Shown: piece after piece, positions 46,881 to 56,802 of the stretch
How the letters are laid out: every line of letters begins with the position of its first letter
Numbering within the stretch: the first letter of the stretch is position 1
NCBI GenBank assembly: GCA_964570875.1
Contig: CAZMZE010000012.1
Span: forward strand, 73,948 to 137,947
Reading direction: 5' to 3'
Length of the DNA: 64,000 bases
DNA from: an uncultured Dehalococcoidia bacterium
Lineage (GTDB): Bacteria; Chloroflexota; Dehalococcoidia; Lucifugimonadales; CATQGZ01
Made by a program: the position numbers and the translations under genes
The notes under the pieces: generated by a model
The model's database searches: none
What the model was told of the DNA's origin: nothing
The model's input: the letters and a program-made list of their open reading frames with translations, nothing else

Positions 46881-46914
46881 TCATGATTCAGATTATCATA
46901 TGTTTGAATCATGA
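46881..46914. promoter_or_regulatory. operator-like dyad upstream of the ABC exporter genes
   Basis: TCATGATTCA (46881-46890) and TGAATCATGA (46905-46914) form a perfect 10-bp inverted repeat with a 14-bp spacer. It lies in an AT-rich 272-bp gap, about 90 nt upstream of the ATG at 47002. Confidence 0.3.
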
Positions 46915-47001
46915 ATTATTCTGCATGAATTAAAGGGATTGAATAACAATCAATTAAAAATATAGCATCACCTTTTGTGACTCGGGTCCGTCGTCTTACG
47001 A

Positions 47002-48852
47002 ATGTCGTATAAAGTAACCGGTCTAAGCCACAGCACGGTCCAGGAGTCTCCCCCTTTGAACATAGTTCTTCGAATTTTCAGAATGACTTTGTCGCATAAA
47101 TTACACTTGTCAGCTGCTTATTTGTCGGTTATTGGCGCTGCTACAGTTTACTTGCTACTTCCAAAAGCCATCGGATACTCGATAGATGAAATCGTTGAAT
47201 TGGCCGATTCTGGGCAACCAATACTGGGCACTGTCCTAATATTTGTATTGCTGATATTGGGCTTGAGTTTGGTTAGGGGGATATTTGCTTTTCTACAGAC
47301 TCATGTAGGGGAAAATTTGTCTCAGGTAGTTGCTTATGAACTACGGAATCGCTTTTACGATCATTTGCAGAATCTGAGTTTTGGGTTCCATGACCGTCAA
47401 CATACAGGGAACCTTATGTCTAGGGCCATATCAGATGTGGAAAGTGTCCGGATGTTTGTAAATACTGGAATAATCAGGACGCCTTATTTTGCAATATTGT
47501 TCGTTGTGGTTTCTACGATTTTACTCACTTTGGACTGGCGTTTAGGATTGGCGAGCATGAGTTTTTTACCCCCAGCAGCTTTCCAATCTTCTCTACTTCG
47601 TATGAGGATGAGGAAAATTTGGCTTGCGGCTCATGAAAAAACAGCAGAATTAAGCACGACACTTCAGGAGAATTTCACAGGAGTGAAGGTAGTTAAGGCT
47701 TTTGTGTCAGAAAACTATGAACAATCGAAATTCGAGATCCACAATAAAGGAGTGGCAGAAGATTCGATTGAGGCTGAAAAGTTGCACGCTATAAATTCTT
47801 CATTTACGGGATTTGTTTTTCTGATATCCCTTGGGTTAATTCTTTGGCTGGGAGGGCGAGCGGTTATAAATGGAGATATGTCTATTGGCGAGTTGGCTCA
47901 ATTTGTTCTATACATGCAGATTCTGGCCATGCCAGTCAAGATGACCGCACAGTTAGTGCACGCATATGCGAGGGCAACATCGGCCGGGCAAAGATTGTTC
48001 GAGATACTGGATTATGAATCACCAGTGAGACAATCCATGGGAGCTAGGAATGTTGGTCGAGTAGATGGATCTGTGGAGTTCCAGAATGTGCATTTTAGAT
48101 ACAATGATACTGCATCAGTGATAAATGGAATTGATCTTGAGGTACCCCCTGGCCAGGTGACGGCTATCCTTGGTGCCCCCGGTAGTGGTAAGAGCACACT
48201 TGTAGATCTAATTCCACGTTTTTATGACGTTACCGAGGGAGCTATTAGAATAGATGGAATTAACGTTCAGGACATCACGCTTGAATCCCTGAGGAAAAAC
48301 ATAGGGTTAGTTCAGCAAGATAGTTTCTTGTTCAGTACTACTATTCGTGAAAATATAGCTTATGGCCGACCAGATTCTTCGATGGAACAAATAATTAGTG
48401 CGGCCAAGCTGGCTCAGCTACATGACTTTATAGAATCGATGCCCGAAGGCTACGATTCTCCGGTGGGAGAAAGAGGAACCACTCTGTCTGGTGGTCAAAG
48501 ACAGCGAATGGCAATAGCCAGAGCGATATTGCTAGATCCACCCATATTGATATTAGATGATTCGACTTCTAGTGTTGATGCTGCTACTGAAGAAAAAATT
48601 ACAAAGGCGATGGAAGTGGTGATGAGGGACAGAACAACTTTTGTTATAGCCAACAGAATTGCAACAATACAAAGGGCAGATACCATAGTTGTTATCGATA
48701 AGGGAGAGATTGTTCAACAAGGGACCCATAGTCAGCTTATGGCAAATTCAGGACCCTACAGAGAGATCTACGAGTTACAACTCAGACCTCAGGAGGAAGT
48801 GATGAGAGAGATAGATATGGGCGCAGTGGGAACTGTAGGTGCAGCCCAATGA
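47002..48852 (+). CDS. ABC exporter, fused permease/ATPase (heterodimer subunit 1)
   Basis: 616 aa. Six-TM domain, Walker A GAPGSGKST, signature LSGGQRQR, Walker B ILILDD. Confidence 0.9.
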   Translation: MSYKVTGLSHSTVQESPPLNIVLRIFRMTLSHKLHLSAAYLSVIGAATVYLLLPKAIGYSIDEIVELADSGQPILGTVLIFVLLILGLSLVRGIFAFLQTHVGENLSQVVAYELRNRFYDHLQNLSFGFHDRQHTGNLMSRAISDVESVRMFVNTGIIRTPYFAILFVVVSTILLTLDWRLGLASMSFLPPAAFQSSLLRMRMRKIWLAAHEKTAELSTTLQENFTGVKVVKAFVSENYEQSKFEIHNKGVAEDSIEAEKLHAINSSFTGFVFLISLGLILWLGGRAVINGDMSIGELAQFVLYMQILAMPVKMTAQLVHAYARATSAGQRLFEILDYESPVRQSMGARNVGRVDGSVEFQNVHFRYNDTASVINGIDLEVPPGQVTAILGAPGSGKSTLVDLIPRFYDVTEGAIRIDGINVQDITLESLRKNIGLVQQDSFLFSTTIRENIAYGRPDSSMEQIISAAKLAQLHDFIESMPEGYDSPVGERGTTLSGGQRQRMAIARAILLDPPILILDDSTSSVDAATEEKITKAMEVVMRDRTTFVIANRIATIQRADTIVVIDKGEIVQQGTHSQLMANSGPYREIYELQLRPQEEVMREIDMGAVGTVGAAQ

Positions 48853-50816
48853 TTGGTGCTTTAGGTAGTAAGACAAAAAACAGGAAACTTGCCGTTGGTG
48901 GGGAGGAAATTTTTGGTACTGCATATGACAAAAATGTGGTTAGAAAAATTGTTCCTTACATCTTTGCCCATAAAAAGTCAGCCATCGTCGCTTTAGTGTC
49001 AATGCTGGTATTTTCCGCTACCCAAGTTGCATTTCCATGGCTCATAAAAGTCGGCATAGATAGTTTTATATCTAATGGTGATTTTTCGGGTCTTTCTCTG
49101 GTGTTTGGGATATTCATTGTTTTGGCTGTATTAAATTTCGGCTCCAATTTTATCCAACAACTCTCTATGACTATAGTGGCTCAAGGTATACTTTATCGGT
49201 TGCGACAAGACATGTTTGCGCATCTGCAGAAATTGTCCATTTCCTTCTACGACAAAACTGAGTTGGGGAGAATAATGTCTAGGGTCCAAGGCGACGTAGG
49301 GCAATTGCAAGAGTTCATGACGATCCTGGTAGTGACGCTTGGAGACCTGATTAGTCTTGTAGGCATAATTGTGGTGTTGTTTATATTGAATACACAACTT
49401 GCCTTAATTTCAATGCTAGTTTTACCAATATTTGCTTTTGGATTAATGGTGTGGCAACCCTATGCACTCAGGGCTTTCGTCAGAGTAAGAACGGCAGCAT
49501 CGATTGTTAACGGCAATCTAAATGAGAGTATCACTGGAGTGCGAGTGGTACAGAGCATGAATAGGCAACTCAAAAACATGACCGATTTTGATAGCAAAAC
49601 TGGGGAACTGAAAGATTCTAGTAACTTTGCTAACAGGCTCTCGGCCGGCCTGTTGCCGCTGGTTGATATCTTAATGGGAGTTGCCATTGCCATAGTAATT
49701 CTTTTTGGGTCAAGAATGATAATCGCTAATGCTTTTGAAATTGGCGCTATGATAGCTTTTGTGATGTATATACAGCGCTTCTTCGATCCTGTACGGAATC
49801 TTGCGATGCAATATACGCAACTCCAAAGGTCTATGGCATCTGGGATAAGGATTTTTGAATTACTGGACCAAAAGCCTGATTTTGAAGATTCCCAGAATGC
49901 TATTGAAATGCCTCAAATAAGTGGAAGAGTTGAATTGAAAAATGTGACTTTCGGATATGGATCAGAAGACGTTGTGAAGGATGTCAACATTCAGATTGAA
50001 TCTGGGCAAACTGTGGCAATAGTAGGGCCTACAGGGGCCGGCAAGACGACATTGGTATCACTCATTAACAGGTTCTACGAAGTTCAAAAAGGAAAAGGCG
50101 GTATATTTGTGGACGGGTTTGATATAAGAGAAGTCACAAGGCACTCCCTGTCTAGTCAAATAAGTATGGTATTGCAGGAGCCTTTTTTGTTTTCGGGAAC
50201 AGTTAGAGAAAATATAAAATATATTCACAAAGATGTTAGTGATTCTCGGATGGTGGAAGTGTCCAAAGCGGTAGGCGCGCATGATTTTATAATGGAGCTT
50301 GAATTTGGATACGATACCTACCTACACGAGCGAGGGATTAATTTGAGTGTGGGACAAAGACAGCTTCTCAGCTTCGCTCGCGCCATCATAACCGATCCCA
50401 AAATACTTATACTTGATGAAGCGACAGCAAACATCGATAGCCATACGGAAGTGATGGTCCAAAAGGCCATGACTAACCTTCTCCGTGGACGCACATCAAT
50501 AGTTATAGCCCATAGATTATCCACAATACGTGACGCAGATATGATCGTGGTCCTTAAGGACGGAGAAGTTATAGAGACAGGCAACCACGCAGAACTGATG
50601 GGGCTACAAGGCTTATACTCCCATCTGTATCAAATGAATTACAAGGCAATCGAGTCAACAATAAATACAGATGCTAATGCCTCTAAAGAGAATTCTGCAG
50701 GCCACATGGAGAATATCGGTGGCTTTGATCCTGCGGTAGTTAGTCCAAAAATCAAGCATCGAGACCTTGTTGAATCTCGGATTTCGAGTCGGAAACAAAA
50801 AGTAGCTGTATCTTAG
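48849..50816 (+). CDS. ABC exporter, fused permease/ATPase (heterodimer subunit 2)
   Basis: 655 aa. 4-nt overlap with the upstream subunit. Walker A GPTGAGKTT, degenerate signature LSVGQRQL, Walker B ILILDE. Confidence 0.9.
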   Translation: MIGALGSKTKNRKLAVGGEEIFGTAYDKNVVRKIVPYIFAHKKSAIVALVSMLVFSATQVAFPWLIKVGIDSFISNGDFSGLSLVFGIFIVLAVLNFGSNFIQQLSMTIVAQGILYRLRQDMFAHLQKLSISFYDKTELGRIMSRVQGDVGQLQEFMTILVVTLGDLISLVGIIVVLFILNTQLALISMLVLPIFAFGLMVWQPYALRAFVRVRTAASIVNGNLNESITGVRVVQSMNRQLKNMTDFDSKTGELKDSSNFANRLSAGLLPLVDILMGVAIAIVILFGSRMIIANAFEIGAMIAFVMYIQRFFDPVRNLAMQYTQLQRSMASGIRIFELLDQKPDFEDSQNAIEMPQISGRVELKNVTFGYGSEDVVKDVNIQIESGQTVAIVGPTGAGKTTLVSLINRFYEVQKGKGGIFVDGFDIREVTRHSLSSQISMVLQEPFLFSGTVRENIKYIHKDVSDSRMVEVSKAVGAHDFIMELEFGYDTYLHERGINLSVGQRQLLSFARAIITDPKILILDEATANIDSHTEVMVQKAMTNLLRGRTSIVIAHRLSTIRDADMIVVLKDGEVIETGNHAELMGLQGLYSHLYQMNYKAIESTINTDANASKENSAGHMENIGGFDPAVVSPKIKHRDLVESRISSRKQKVAVS

Positions 50817-50819
50817 CAA

Positions 50820-51851
50820 TTAGCCTATTAGGCGACCTTGCAAGGATGGGTTGCCGGGATATTTGATTTCCAAGTGCTGGTAAGCCAAAGGTGTTGCGAC
50901 TCTACCCCTTGGGGTACGCTCTATGAATCCTTCCTGCAAAAGAAACGGCTCGCACACATCCTCAATCGTGTCTCGATCTTCGCTGATGGATGCGGCCAGC
51001 GTATCTAAGCCAACTGGACCACCGGAAAATTTTTCAATTATTGACCGTAGAACTTGGTGGTCCATTTTATCTAGGCCGAGTTTGTCTACCTCAAGTTTGT
51101 CTAGTGCTTCGATAGTCACTTCACGGGTAACAACGTTGTCTGCTACTACCAGGGCGTAGTCCCGCACACGCCTAAGTAATCTGTTCGCTATCCGAGGAGT
51201 GCCTCTCGAACGACGCGCGAGTTCATCTACACCATCGGGTTCTGCCGCAATTTCTAGTATACTGGTGGACCTTTGAATAATATCTCTCATAGCCTCATGG
51301 TCATAGAAATCTAGTCTATTAACGCTACCAAAACGATCTCGGAGAGGGGCACTAACCATACCGTAACGAGTTGTAGCGCCGACCAAAGTAAAAGGTTTGA
51401 TACTAAGATTCATGCTACGGGCTTTAAGTCCTTTGTCTATTACCCAAGAAACAAAGAAGTCTTCCATTGCGGGATACAAGACTTCTTCCACTACTCTAGA
51501 GAGTCTATGCACCTCATCTATGAACAATATATCGTCTTTCTGAAGCTGGGTAAGTATGGCGACCATATCACCGGCTCTCTCTATGGCTGGGCCAGACGTG
51601 GTTTTAAGTCGCACCCCCATCTCTGTAGACAAAATGCTAGCAAGGGTTGTTTTCCCGAGTCCAGGCGGTCCGTAAAAAAGCGTGTGGTCGAGAGGTTCGC
51701 CCCTTTTTAGGGCTGCTTTTATAGCTATGCTGAGATTTTCTTTAACTGTCTGCTGGCCCACATATTCAGATAGGCTCCTAGGACGAAGAGATCTATCGAG
51801 GGAGCCGTCTTCGACATTGGATTTGCCTGATACCAGTCGATCTGTGGCCAT
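50820..51851 (-). CDS. ruvB: Holliday junction branch-migration helicase RuvB
   Basis: 343 aa. [12 protein letters not shown], Walker [12 protein letters not shown], Walker B IDEVHRL. Confidence 0.95.
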   Translation of the reverse strand: MATDRLVSGKSNVEDGSLDRSLRPRSLSEYVGQQTVKENLSIAIKAALKRGEPLDHTLFYGPPGLGKTTLASILSTEMGVRLKTTSGPAIERAGDMVAILTQLQKDDILFIDEVHRLSRVVEEVLYPAMEDFFVSWVIDKGLKARSMNLSIKPFTLVGATTRYGMVSAPLRDRFGSVNRLDFYDHEAMRDIIQRSTSILEIAAEPDGVDELARRSRGTPRIANRLLRRVRDYALVVADNVVTREVTIEALDKLEVDKLGLDKMDHQVLRSIIEKFSGGPVGLDTLAASISEDRDTIEDVCEPFLLQEGFIERTPRGRVATPLAYQHLEIKYPGNPSLQGRLIG

Positions 51852-51981
51852 TTTATCCTCGTGCTGTTTAGCTGCTTATGAAATCATAAGTTTGATAGCG
51901 ATCTACTTTCATATTCTAAAGTACCATCCCGTTAAAGTGTCAAGGAAACTTTCAATAGATCTCTGATTGCATATCTGTAAA

Positions 51982-52010
51982 TTGACACCACCCATCTGGT
52001 TAACTAAACT
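51982..52010 (+). promoter_or_regulatory. sigma70-like promoter candidate for the methylmalonyl-CoA mutase operon
   Basis: TTGACA (51982-51987), a 17-nt spacer, then TAAACT (52005-52010), about 40-50 nt upstream of the start. Confidence 0.3.
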
Positions 52011-52049
52011 CGATTGGACCTTTGTATTTAAAGAAATAATATTAGGAGA

Positions 52050-53717
52050 GTGGCTTGGACAATGCCTAGTGACAATCGGGAAAGCTGGAGGGAAGACACC
52101 CTGAGTCCCGTCAAGAAGAAATTTCCTGAACGCAAGGACAATTTTTCAACTTCATCCGATCTGGATGTAGATACAGTGTATACTCCGGACGATACTGAAC
52201 ATTCAGAGTACGCTAATAAGCTTGGGTACCCGGGTGAATATCCTTACACAAGAGGAGTTCAGCCCAATATGTATCGCGGGCGCCTATGGAGCATGCGGCA
52301 GTATGCTGGTTTAGCCTCCCCGGAAGAATCCAATCGACGTTACCGATATCTTCTGGACCAGGGACAGAATGGCCTAAGCATCGCTTTTGATTTGCCCACC
52401 CAGACGGGGTATGACTCTGATGATCCGATGTCCGTTGGAGAGGTTGGCCGTGTCGGTGTACCCATCAGTAGTTTAGCCGATATGGAACTTCTTTTTGATG
52501 GGATACCTCTTGATAGGGTAAGTACGTCTATGACCATCAATTCCACAGCTTCAATATTGTTGGCTTTGTATATCGCTGTAGGAAAGAAGCAGGGTGTAAA
52601 TCCGAAGGATCTAAGTGGAACGCTTCAAAATGACATTTTGAAGGAATACATAGCAAGAGGGACATACATATACCCGCCAGGACCGTCTATAAGGCTGGTG
52701 ACAGATGTTTTCCAGTATTGCAGCCAGAATGTCCCAAGATGGAATACCATAAGTATAAGTGGTTACCACATGAGTGAAGCTGGAGCCAATGCCGTACAGG
52801 AACTAGCCTTCACGTTTTCTAACGCTATTGCTTATGTTGAGGCGGCAATAGCATCTGGTCTCGACGTTGATAAAATAGCGGGGCGACTCTCTTTCTTTTT
52901 TGTTGCGCAAAGTAATCTGTTCGAAGAAGTTGCTAAATACAGAGCGGCCCGTCGCATTTGGTCAAAGATTATGACTGATAGATTTGGTGCTAAAAATGAA
53001 CGGTCTTGTATGCTTCGGTTCCATACTCAAACGGCAGGGGTTACTTTAACGGCTCAACAGCCGGATAATAACGTCGTAAGGACCACTCTACAGGCATTAG
53101 CTGCCGTACTTGGAGGTACTCAATCTCTACACGTCAATTCTCGAGATGAGGCTTTAGCATTACCAACAGAGGAGTCCGTTCAACTATCTCTCAGAACACA
53201 ACAGTTGTTGGCATATGAAAGTGGTGTAACCGATACTGTTGATCCGTTGGCGGGCTCGTACTACGTTGAAAATCTCACGGATAGACTGGAAGTGGAAGCT
53301 TTCAAACATATTGATCGTATAGAGGATCTTGGTGGTGCGTTATCTGCACTCGAAGAGGGGTATCAAATTCGCGAGATTCATGAAAGTGCATACAAGCATC
53401 AACAGGCTGTAGAGAACGGAGACAATGTTGTGGTTGGGGTAAACAAATATCAGGCACCGACACCCCCGATCGGTAAAATTCAAAGTATTGATCCTGAAGC
53501 CACCCGTACCCAACTAGAACGTCTTTCCCGTGTTCGTTCGGAGAGGGACAATTCTGTAGTAGAACTCTCTCTACACAGACTCCAAGAGGTGGCAAAAAGT
53601 TCTGAAAACACGGTTCCAGCCATAGTAGAATGTGTAGAAGCCTATGCAACTCTTGGTGAAATTTCAGGTATATTTAGAGGGGTCTTCGGAGAACAACGCG
53701 AATTTAACCCGTTCTAA
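52050..53717 (+). CDS. methylmalonyl-CoA mutase, large (catalytic TIM-barrel) subunit
   Basis: 555 aa. [28 protein letters not shown] and FHTQTAG motifs. No B12 domain in this polypeptide; it is encoded separately at 55471. The start could also be the ATG at 52062. Confidence 0.9.
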   Translation: MAWTMPSDNRESWREDTLSPVKKKFPERKDNFSTSSDLDVDTVYTPDDTEHSEYANKLGYPGEYPYTRGVQPNMYRGRLWSMRQYAGLASPEESNRRYRYLLDQGQNGLSIAFDLPTQTGYDSDDPMSVGEVGRVGVPISSLADMELLFDGIPLDRVSTSMTINSTASILLALYIAVGKKQGVNPKDLSGTLQNDILKEYIARGTYIYPPGPSIRLVTDVFQYCSQNVPRWNTISISGYHMSEAGANAVQELAFTFSNAIAYVEAAIASGLDVDKIAGRLSFFFVAQSNLFEEVAKYRAARRIWSKIMTDRFGAKNERSCMLRFHTQTAGVTLTAQQPDNNVVRTTLQALAAVLGGTQSLHVNSRDEALALPTEESVQLSLRTQQLLAYESGVTDTVDPLAGSYYVENLTDRLEVEAFKHIDRIEDLGGALSALEEGYQIREIHESAYKHQQAVENGDNVVVGVNKYQAPTPPIGKIQSIDPEATRTQLERLSRVRSERDNSVVELSLHRLQEVAKSSENTVPAIVECVEAYATLGEISGIFRGVFGEQREFNPF

Positions 53718-53770
53718 CCTTTGATTGGATAAACGGCCATAGCAAAAATGCTATTAGATTTTTAACGTAA

Positions 53771-53786
53771 ATTCTAGCACTAGAAT
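53771..53786. promoter_or_regulatory. 16-bp palindrome upstream of the acyl-CoA dehydrogenase gene
   Basis: ATTCTAG-CA-CTAGAAT (7-2-7 inverted repeat), 20 nt upstream of the TTG start at 53806. The right arm doubles as a -10-like TAGAAT. Confidence 0.3.
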
Positions 53787-53805
53787 ACTGATGGGATGAT
53801 AAAAA

Positions 53806-54951
53806 TTGACAGGTTATTTTCTTACAGAACAAGACATTCTATTGCAAAAGACTGTCAGAGAATTTGCTAATAACCAACTTGCGCCTAATGCAGGGCATTA
53901 CGATCAAAAAGCAGAATTCCCCTGGGAGAATTTTCAGGCACTCGCTGAACTTGGGCTCTTTGGCCTAACTATAGATGAAGATTTTGGTGGTACCGGAGGC
54001 ACTGCCCTCCAATCTGCAATTGTGGTTGAGGAGTTATCACGGGGATGTGCAGCTACTGGAGTTATTTATATTGCTCATCTTTCCCTCTGCACAAGGCTAA
54101 TAAATCTCTTCGGCTCGATTGACTTGAAAAAGAAGATTCTTGCCTCCATGGTTGAAGGAGAGAAAATAGGTGCATTCGCTTTGACTGAACCGAATTCCGG
54201 TAGTGATTCGGCAGCCTTAAGTACTACTGCAACCAAGGATGGGCCGGATTATATTTTGAACGGGACAAAGCACTTCATCACTAATGCTGGTGAAGCCGAT
54301 ATTTTCGTCATAATGGCAACCTTGGATCGTAACATGAGATCACGTGGGATCAACGCATTCGTGGTGGAAAAAAATACATCTGGAATGACGGTGACTAAAC
54401 AACAAGGGAAAATGGGACTTCGGGCATCTTCAACAGCCGAAATTAACTTTGAAGGAAGTCGTGTCCCTGAAGGTCACATGCTGGGGTCCAAGGGCCAGGG
54501 ATTCAAGCAAGCAATGGGCGCACTAAATATAAGCCGTATTGAAGTGGCAGCTCAAGCGCTAGGAATTGCTCAATCTGCATATGAATCAGCTGTTAACTAT
54601 TCACAGGAAAGACAGGCCTTTGGTCAAAACATTGCCAATTTTCAAGGCATACAATGGATGCTTGTGGAAATGGCAACCAATATTGAAGCCGCGAGACACC
54701 TTGTATATAATGCCGCATCACTTAGCGATAAAGGCCTTCCATTTGTGAAGGAAGCGTCAATGGCAAAATTGTTCGCCTCGAGGATAGCGGTAGAGACGGC
54801 TGATAAAGCCGTTCAGATACATGGAGGTACTGGATATTTTGCACCTACAGATGTTGAACGAAATTACCGAGATGCGAAAGTTACAGAAATTTATGAAGGA
54901 TCTTCGGAAATTCAACGCTTGATTATAGCCCGGAATATACTAGGGTTTTGA
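53806..54951 (+). CDS. acyl-CoA dehydrogenase (short/medium-chain type)
   Basis: 381 aa. FLTEQD start, TEPNSGSD, and C-terminal YEGSSEIQRLIIAR with the catalytic Glu. Confidence 0.9.
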   Translation: MTGYFLTEQDILLQKTVREFANNQLAPNAGHYDQKAEFPWENFQALAELGLFGLTIDEDFGGTGGTALQSAIVVEELSRGCAATGVIYIAHLSLCTRLINLFGSIDLKKKILASMVEGEKIGAFALTEPNSGSDSAALSTTATKDGPDYILNGTKHFITNAGEADIFVIMATLDRNMRSRGINAFVVEKNTSGMTVTKQQGKMGLRASSTAEINFEGSRVPEGHMLGSKGQGFKQAMGALNISRIEVAAQALGIAQSAYESAVNYSQERQAFGQNIANFQGIQWMLVEMATNIEAARHLVYNAASLSDKGLPFVKEASMAKLFASRIAVETADKAVQIHGGTGYFAPTDVERNYRDAKVTEIYEGSSEIQRLIIARNILGF

Positions 54952-55021
54952 CTATTGTAAACCTAGGTGGATTTTAGAGGTTTCAAACAAACAAAAATCA
55001 TTGGAAAGAAGAAGGAGCTTA

Positions 55022-55462
55022 ATGCAAGAAGAAACGACCGTTCCAGCTTGTATCGCACGACATTTACATCATGTGTGTATGGCGGTCCGAGACATAGAAA
55101 GTACATTGAAATTGTACAGTAATCTTTTTGATATTGAACAACCTGAAGTCGAACTTATTCAAGATCAATCTGTCAAGGCGGCACTCGTAAAGATTGGTGG
55201 CACTGAACTAGAATTCATTGAACCAACAGATCCTAATGGGGGGATAGCAAAATTTATAGATAAAAAGGGTGAAGGGCTACACCATATTTGTTTTGAAGTA
55301 GATGATCTGCAGGCAACTTTAAAGCGCCTGTCCGACCAGAATGTAGATCTAATAGATAAGGTTCCCAGAAAAGGACTTGCCGGGATGATAGCTTTCTTGC
55401 ATCCCCGCTCAACCAAAGGTACTCTAGTCGAGCTCGTTGACAGAGATACGAAGGGGAGGTAG
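55022..55462 (+). CDS. mce: methylmalonyl-CoA epimerase (VOC/glyoxalase fold)
   Basis: [11 protein letters not shown]...[10 protein letters not shown]...[13 protein letters not shown] are typical metal-ligand contexts. The ORF track starts at TTG 55001. The ATG at 55022 follows GAAGGAG. Confidence 0.8.
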   Translation: MQEETTVPACIARHLHHVCMAVRDIESTLKLYSNLFDIEQPEVELIQDQSVKAALVKIGGTELEFIEPTDPNGGIAKFIDKKGEGLHHICFEVDDLQATLKRLSDQNVDLIDKVPRKGLAGMIAFLHPRSTKGTLVELVDRDTKGR

Positions 55463-55470
55463 GGACAAAG

Positions 55471-55875
55471 GTGTCAAACATCATTAGAGTATTGGTTGCT
55501 AAGCCTGGCTTAGATGGCCATGACAGGGGAGCCAAAGTAATAGCTAGATCACTTAGAGATGCAGGAATGGAAGTGGTTTACACGGGTATACGTCAAACCC
55601 CGGAAATGATTGTGCGTGCAGCCCTCCAAGAGGATGTGGATGTTATAGGCCTCAGCATACTTTCCGGAGCACACAAAGAACTTTTCCCATTAATTTTCCG
55701 AGAATTGGATAAGAACGGCATGCACGATGTAGTAGTAGTTGCGGGAGGCATAATACCTGAAGACGATCGAGCAGAGTTGGAGGAGATGGGTGTGAGAGCG
55801 GTGTTTGGTCCGGGCACATCAACTTCAGAGGTTGCTGGATTTATCCGGGAATCGGTGGAGAATCGCAAATCCTAG
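55471..55875 (+). CDS. methylmalonyl-CoA mutase small subunit (cobalamin-binding domain)
   Basis: 134 aa. B12-binding DxHxxG motif ([11 protein letters not shown]). GTG start. Confidence 0.9.
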   Translation: MSNIIRVLVAKPGLDGHDRGAKVIARSLRDAGMEVVYTGIRQTPEMIVRAALQEDVDVIGLSILSGAHKELFPLIFRELDKNGMHDVVVVAGGIIPEDDRAELEEMGVRAVFGPGTSTSEVAGFIRESVENRKS

Positions 55876-55926
55876 GCGCTTTGCCAAGTGACAATCCAAT
55901 CTCGATTCAGTTCCGAGAATTAGAGT

Positions 55927-56802
55927 CTAGCTATCGGAGATGGAATATGCGCTTATCAACTCTTCAACGTTTCTTGATTCAGTTTTCTTTCCGAGATTGT
56001 CAATTTGTTGATCAAATGTAGGGCGTTCAGAATTCTCATAGATTAGTCCCATTGGTATTCCGCCTGAGCTTGATACATTAAACGCCGCCTCGATACTGCT
56101 AGAATCATGATCATCCTCCACTGTCCAAGCAACTGGTGCTATGCCTTTACTTGGATTACCCTTTAGCAGTTCATAAGTATCGTTATATTCCGTACATGGA
56201 GATTGTACATGTACGATCGAAAATCCAGGGTGCATCATTGCTCCCAACATGAGACGAGTCATATCTTTAACTTTGCTTGACATCGCCGAAGCGAGATATG
56301 TCACACCCATGGTTAGATAAAGCCTCAAAGGGTTCACTGATGATTCTACTTTGCCGTAGGGAGTTGAACTGGTAATCGTACCAATGTCGGTTGTGGGTGA
56401 ACTTTGTCCTTTCGTGAGTCCGTACACTCCATTGTCCATTACTACCGCAGTGATGTTTAGGTTTCTTGCTGCCTGAGGTCCAACATGCTCCAATCCTATT
56501 CCCAGAAAATCCCCATCCCCCGCCGTTACAACAACGTTCAATTCGGGACGACTCATCTTAACTCCCATCGCAATGGGGAGTGTTCTTCCATGAACTCCAT
56601 GGAAGCCATATGGCTGTGGTCCTTCTAGAAGATGAACCATATTTCCCGAGCATCCTATACCTGCGACGACAACATTTGTTTCAACTGGAACTTCAGTCTC
56701 TATTACATAATTTTTCAGGGCTTGCTCGAGAGCCCTCCGGACTCCAAAGTCACCACAACCAGGACACCATTTGAAATCATATTCGGAGTTTCTTGAGCTC
56801 AT
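55927..56802 (-). CDS. korB: 2-oxoacid:ferredoxin oxidoreductase beta subunit
   Basis: 291 aa. WCPGCGDFG start motif and TPP-binding GDGDFLGIG. Confidence 0.9.
   Translation of the reverse strand: MSSRNSEYDFKWCPGCGDFGVRRALEQALKNYVIETEVPVETNVVVAGIGCSGNMVHLLEGPQPYGFHGVHGRTLPIAMGVKMSRPELNVVVTAGDGDFLGIGLEHVGPQAARNLNITAVVMDNGVYGLTKGQSSPTTDIGTITSSTPYGKVESSVNPLRLYLTMGVTYLASAMSSKVKDMTRLMLGAMMHPGFSIVHVQSPCTEYNDTYELLKGNPSKGIAPVAWTVEDDHDSSSIEAAFNVSSSGGIPMGLIYENSERPTFDQQIDNLGKKTESRNVEELISAYSISDS

Noticed and set aside
51852-52049. Possible cobalamin riboswitch upstream of the B12-dependent mutase operon.
   Set aside because: No B12-box-like GCCACTG/AGYCMGG element or multi-stem architecture is visible. 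The region is short, AT-rich, and better explained by a TTGACA-N17-TAAACT promoter.
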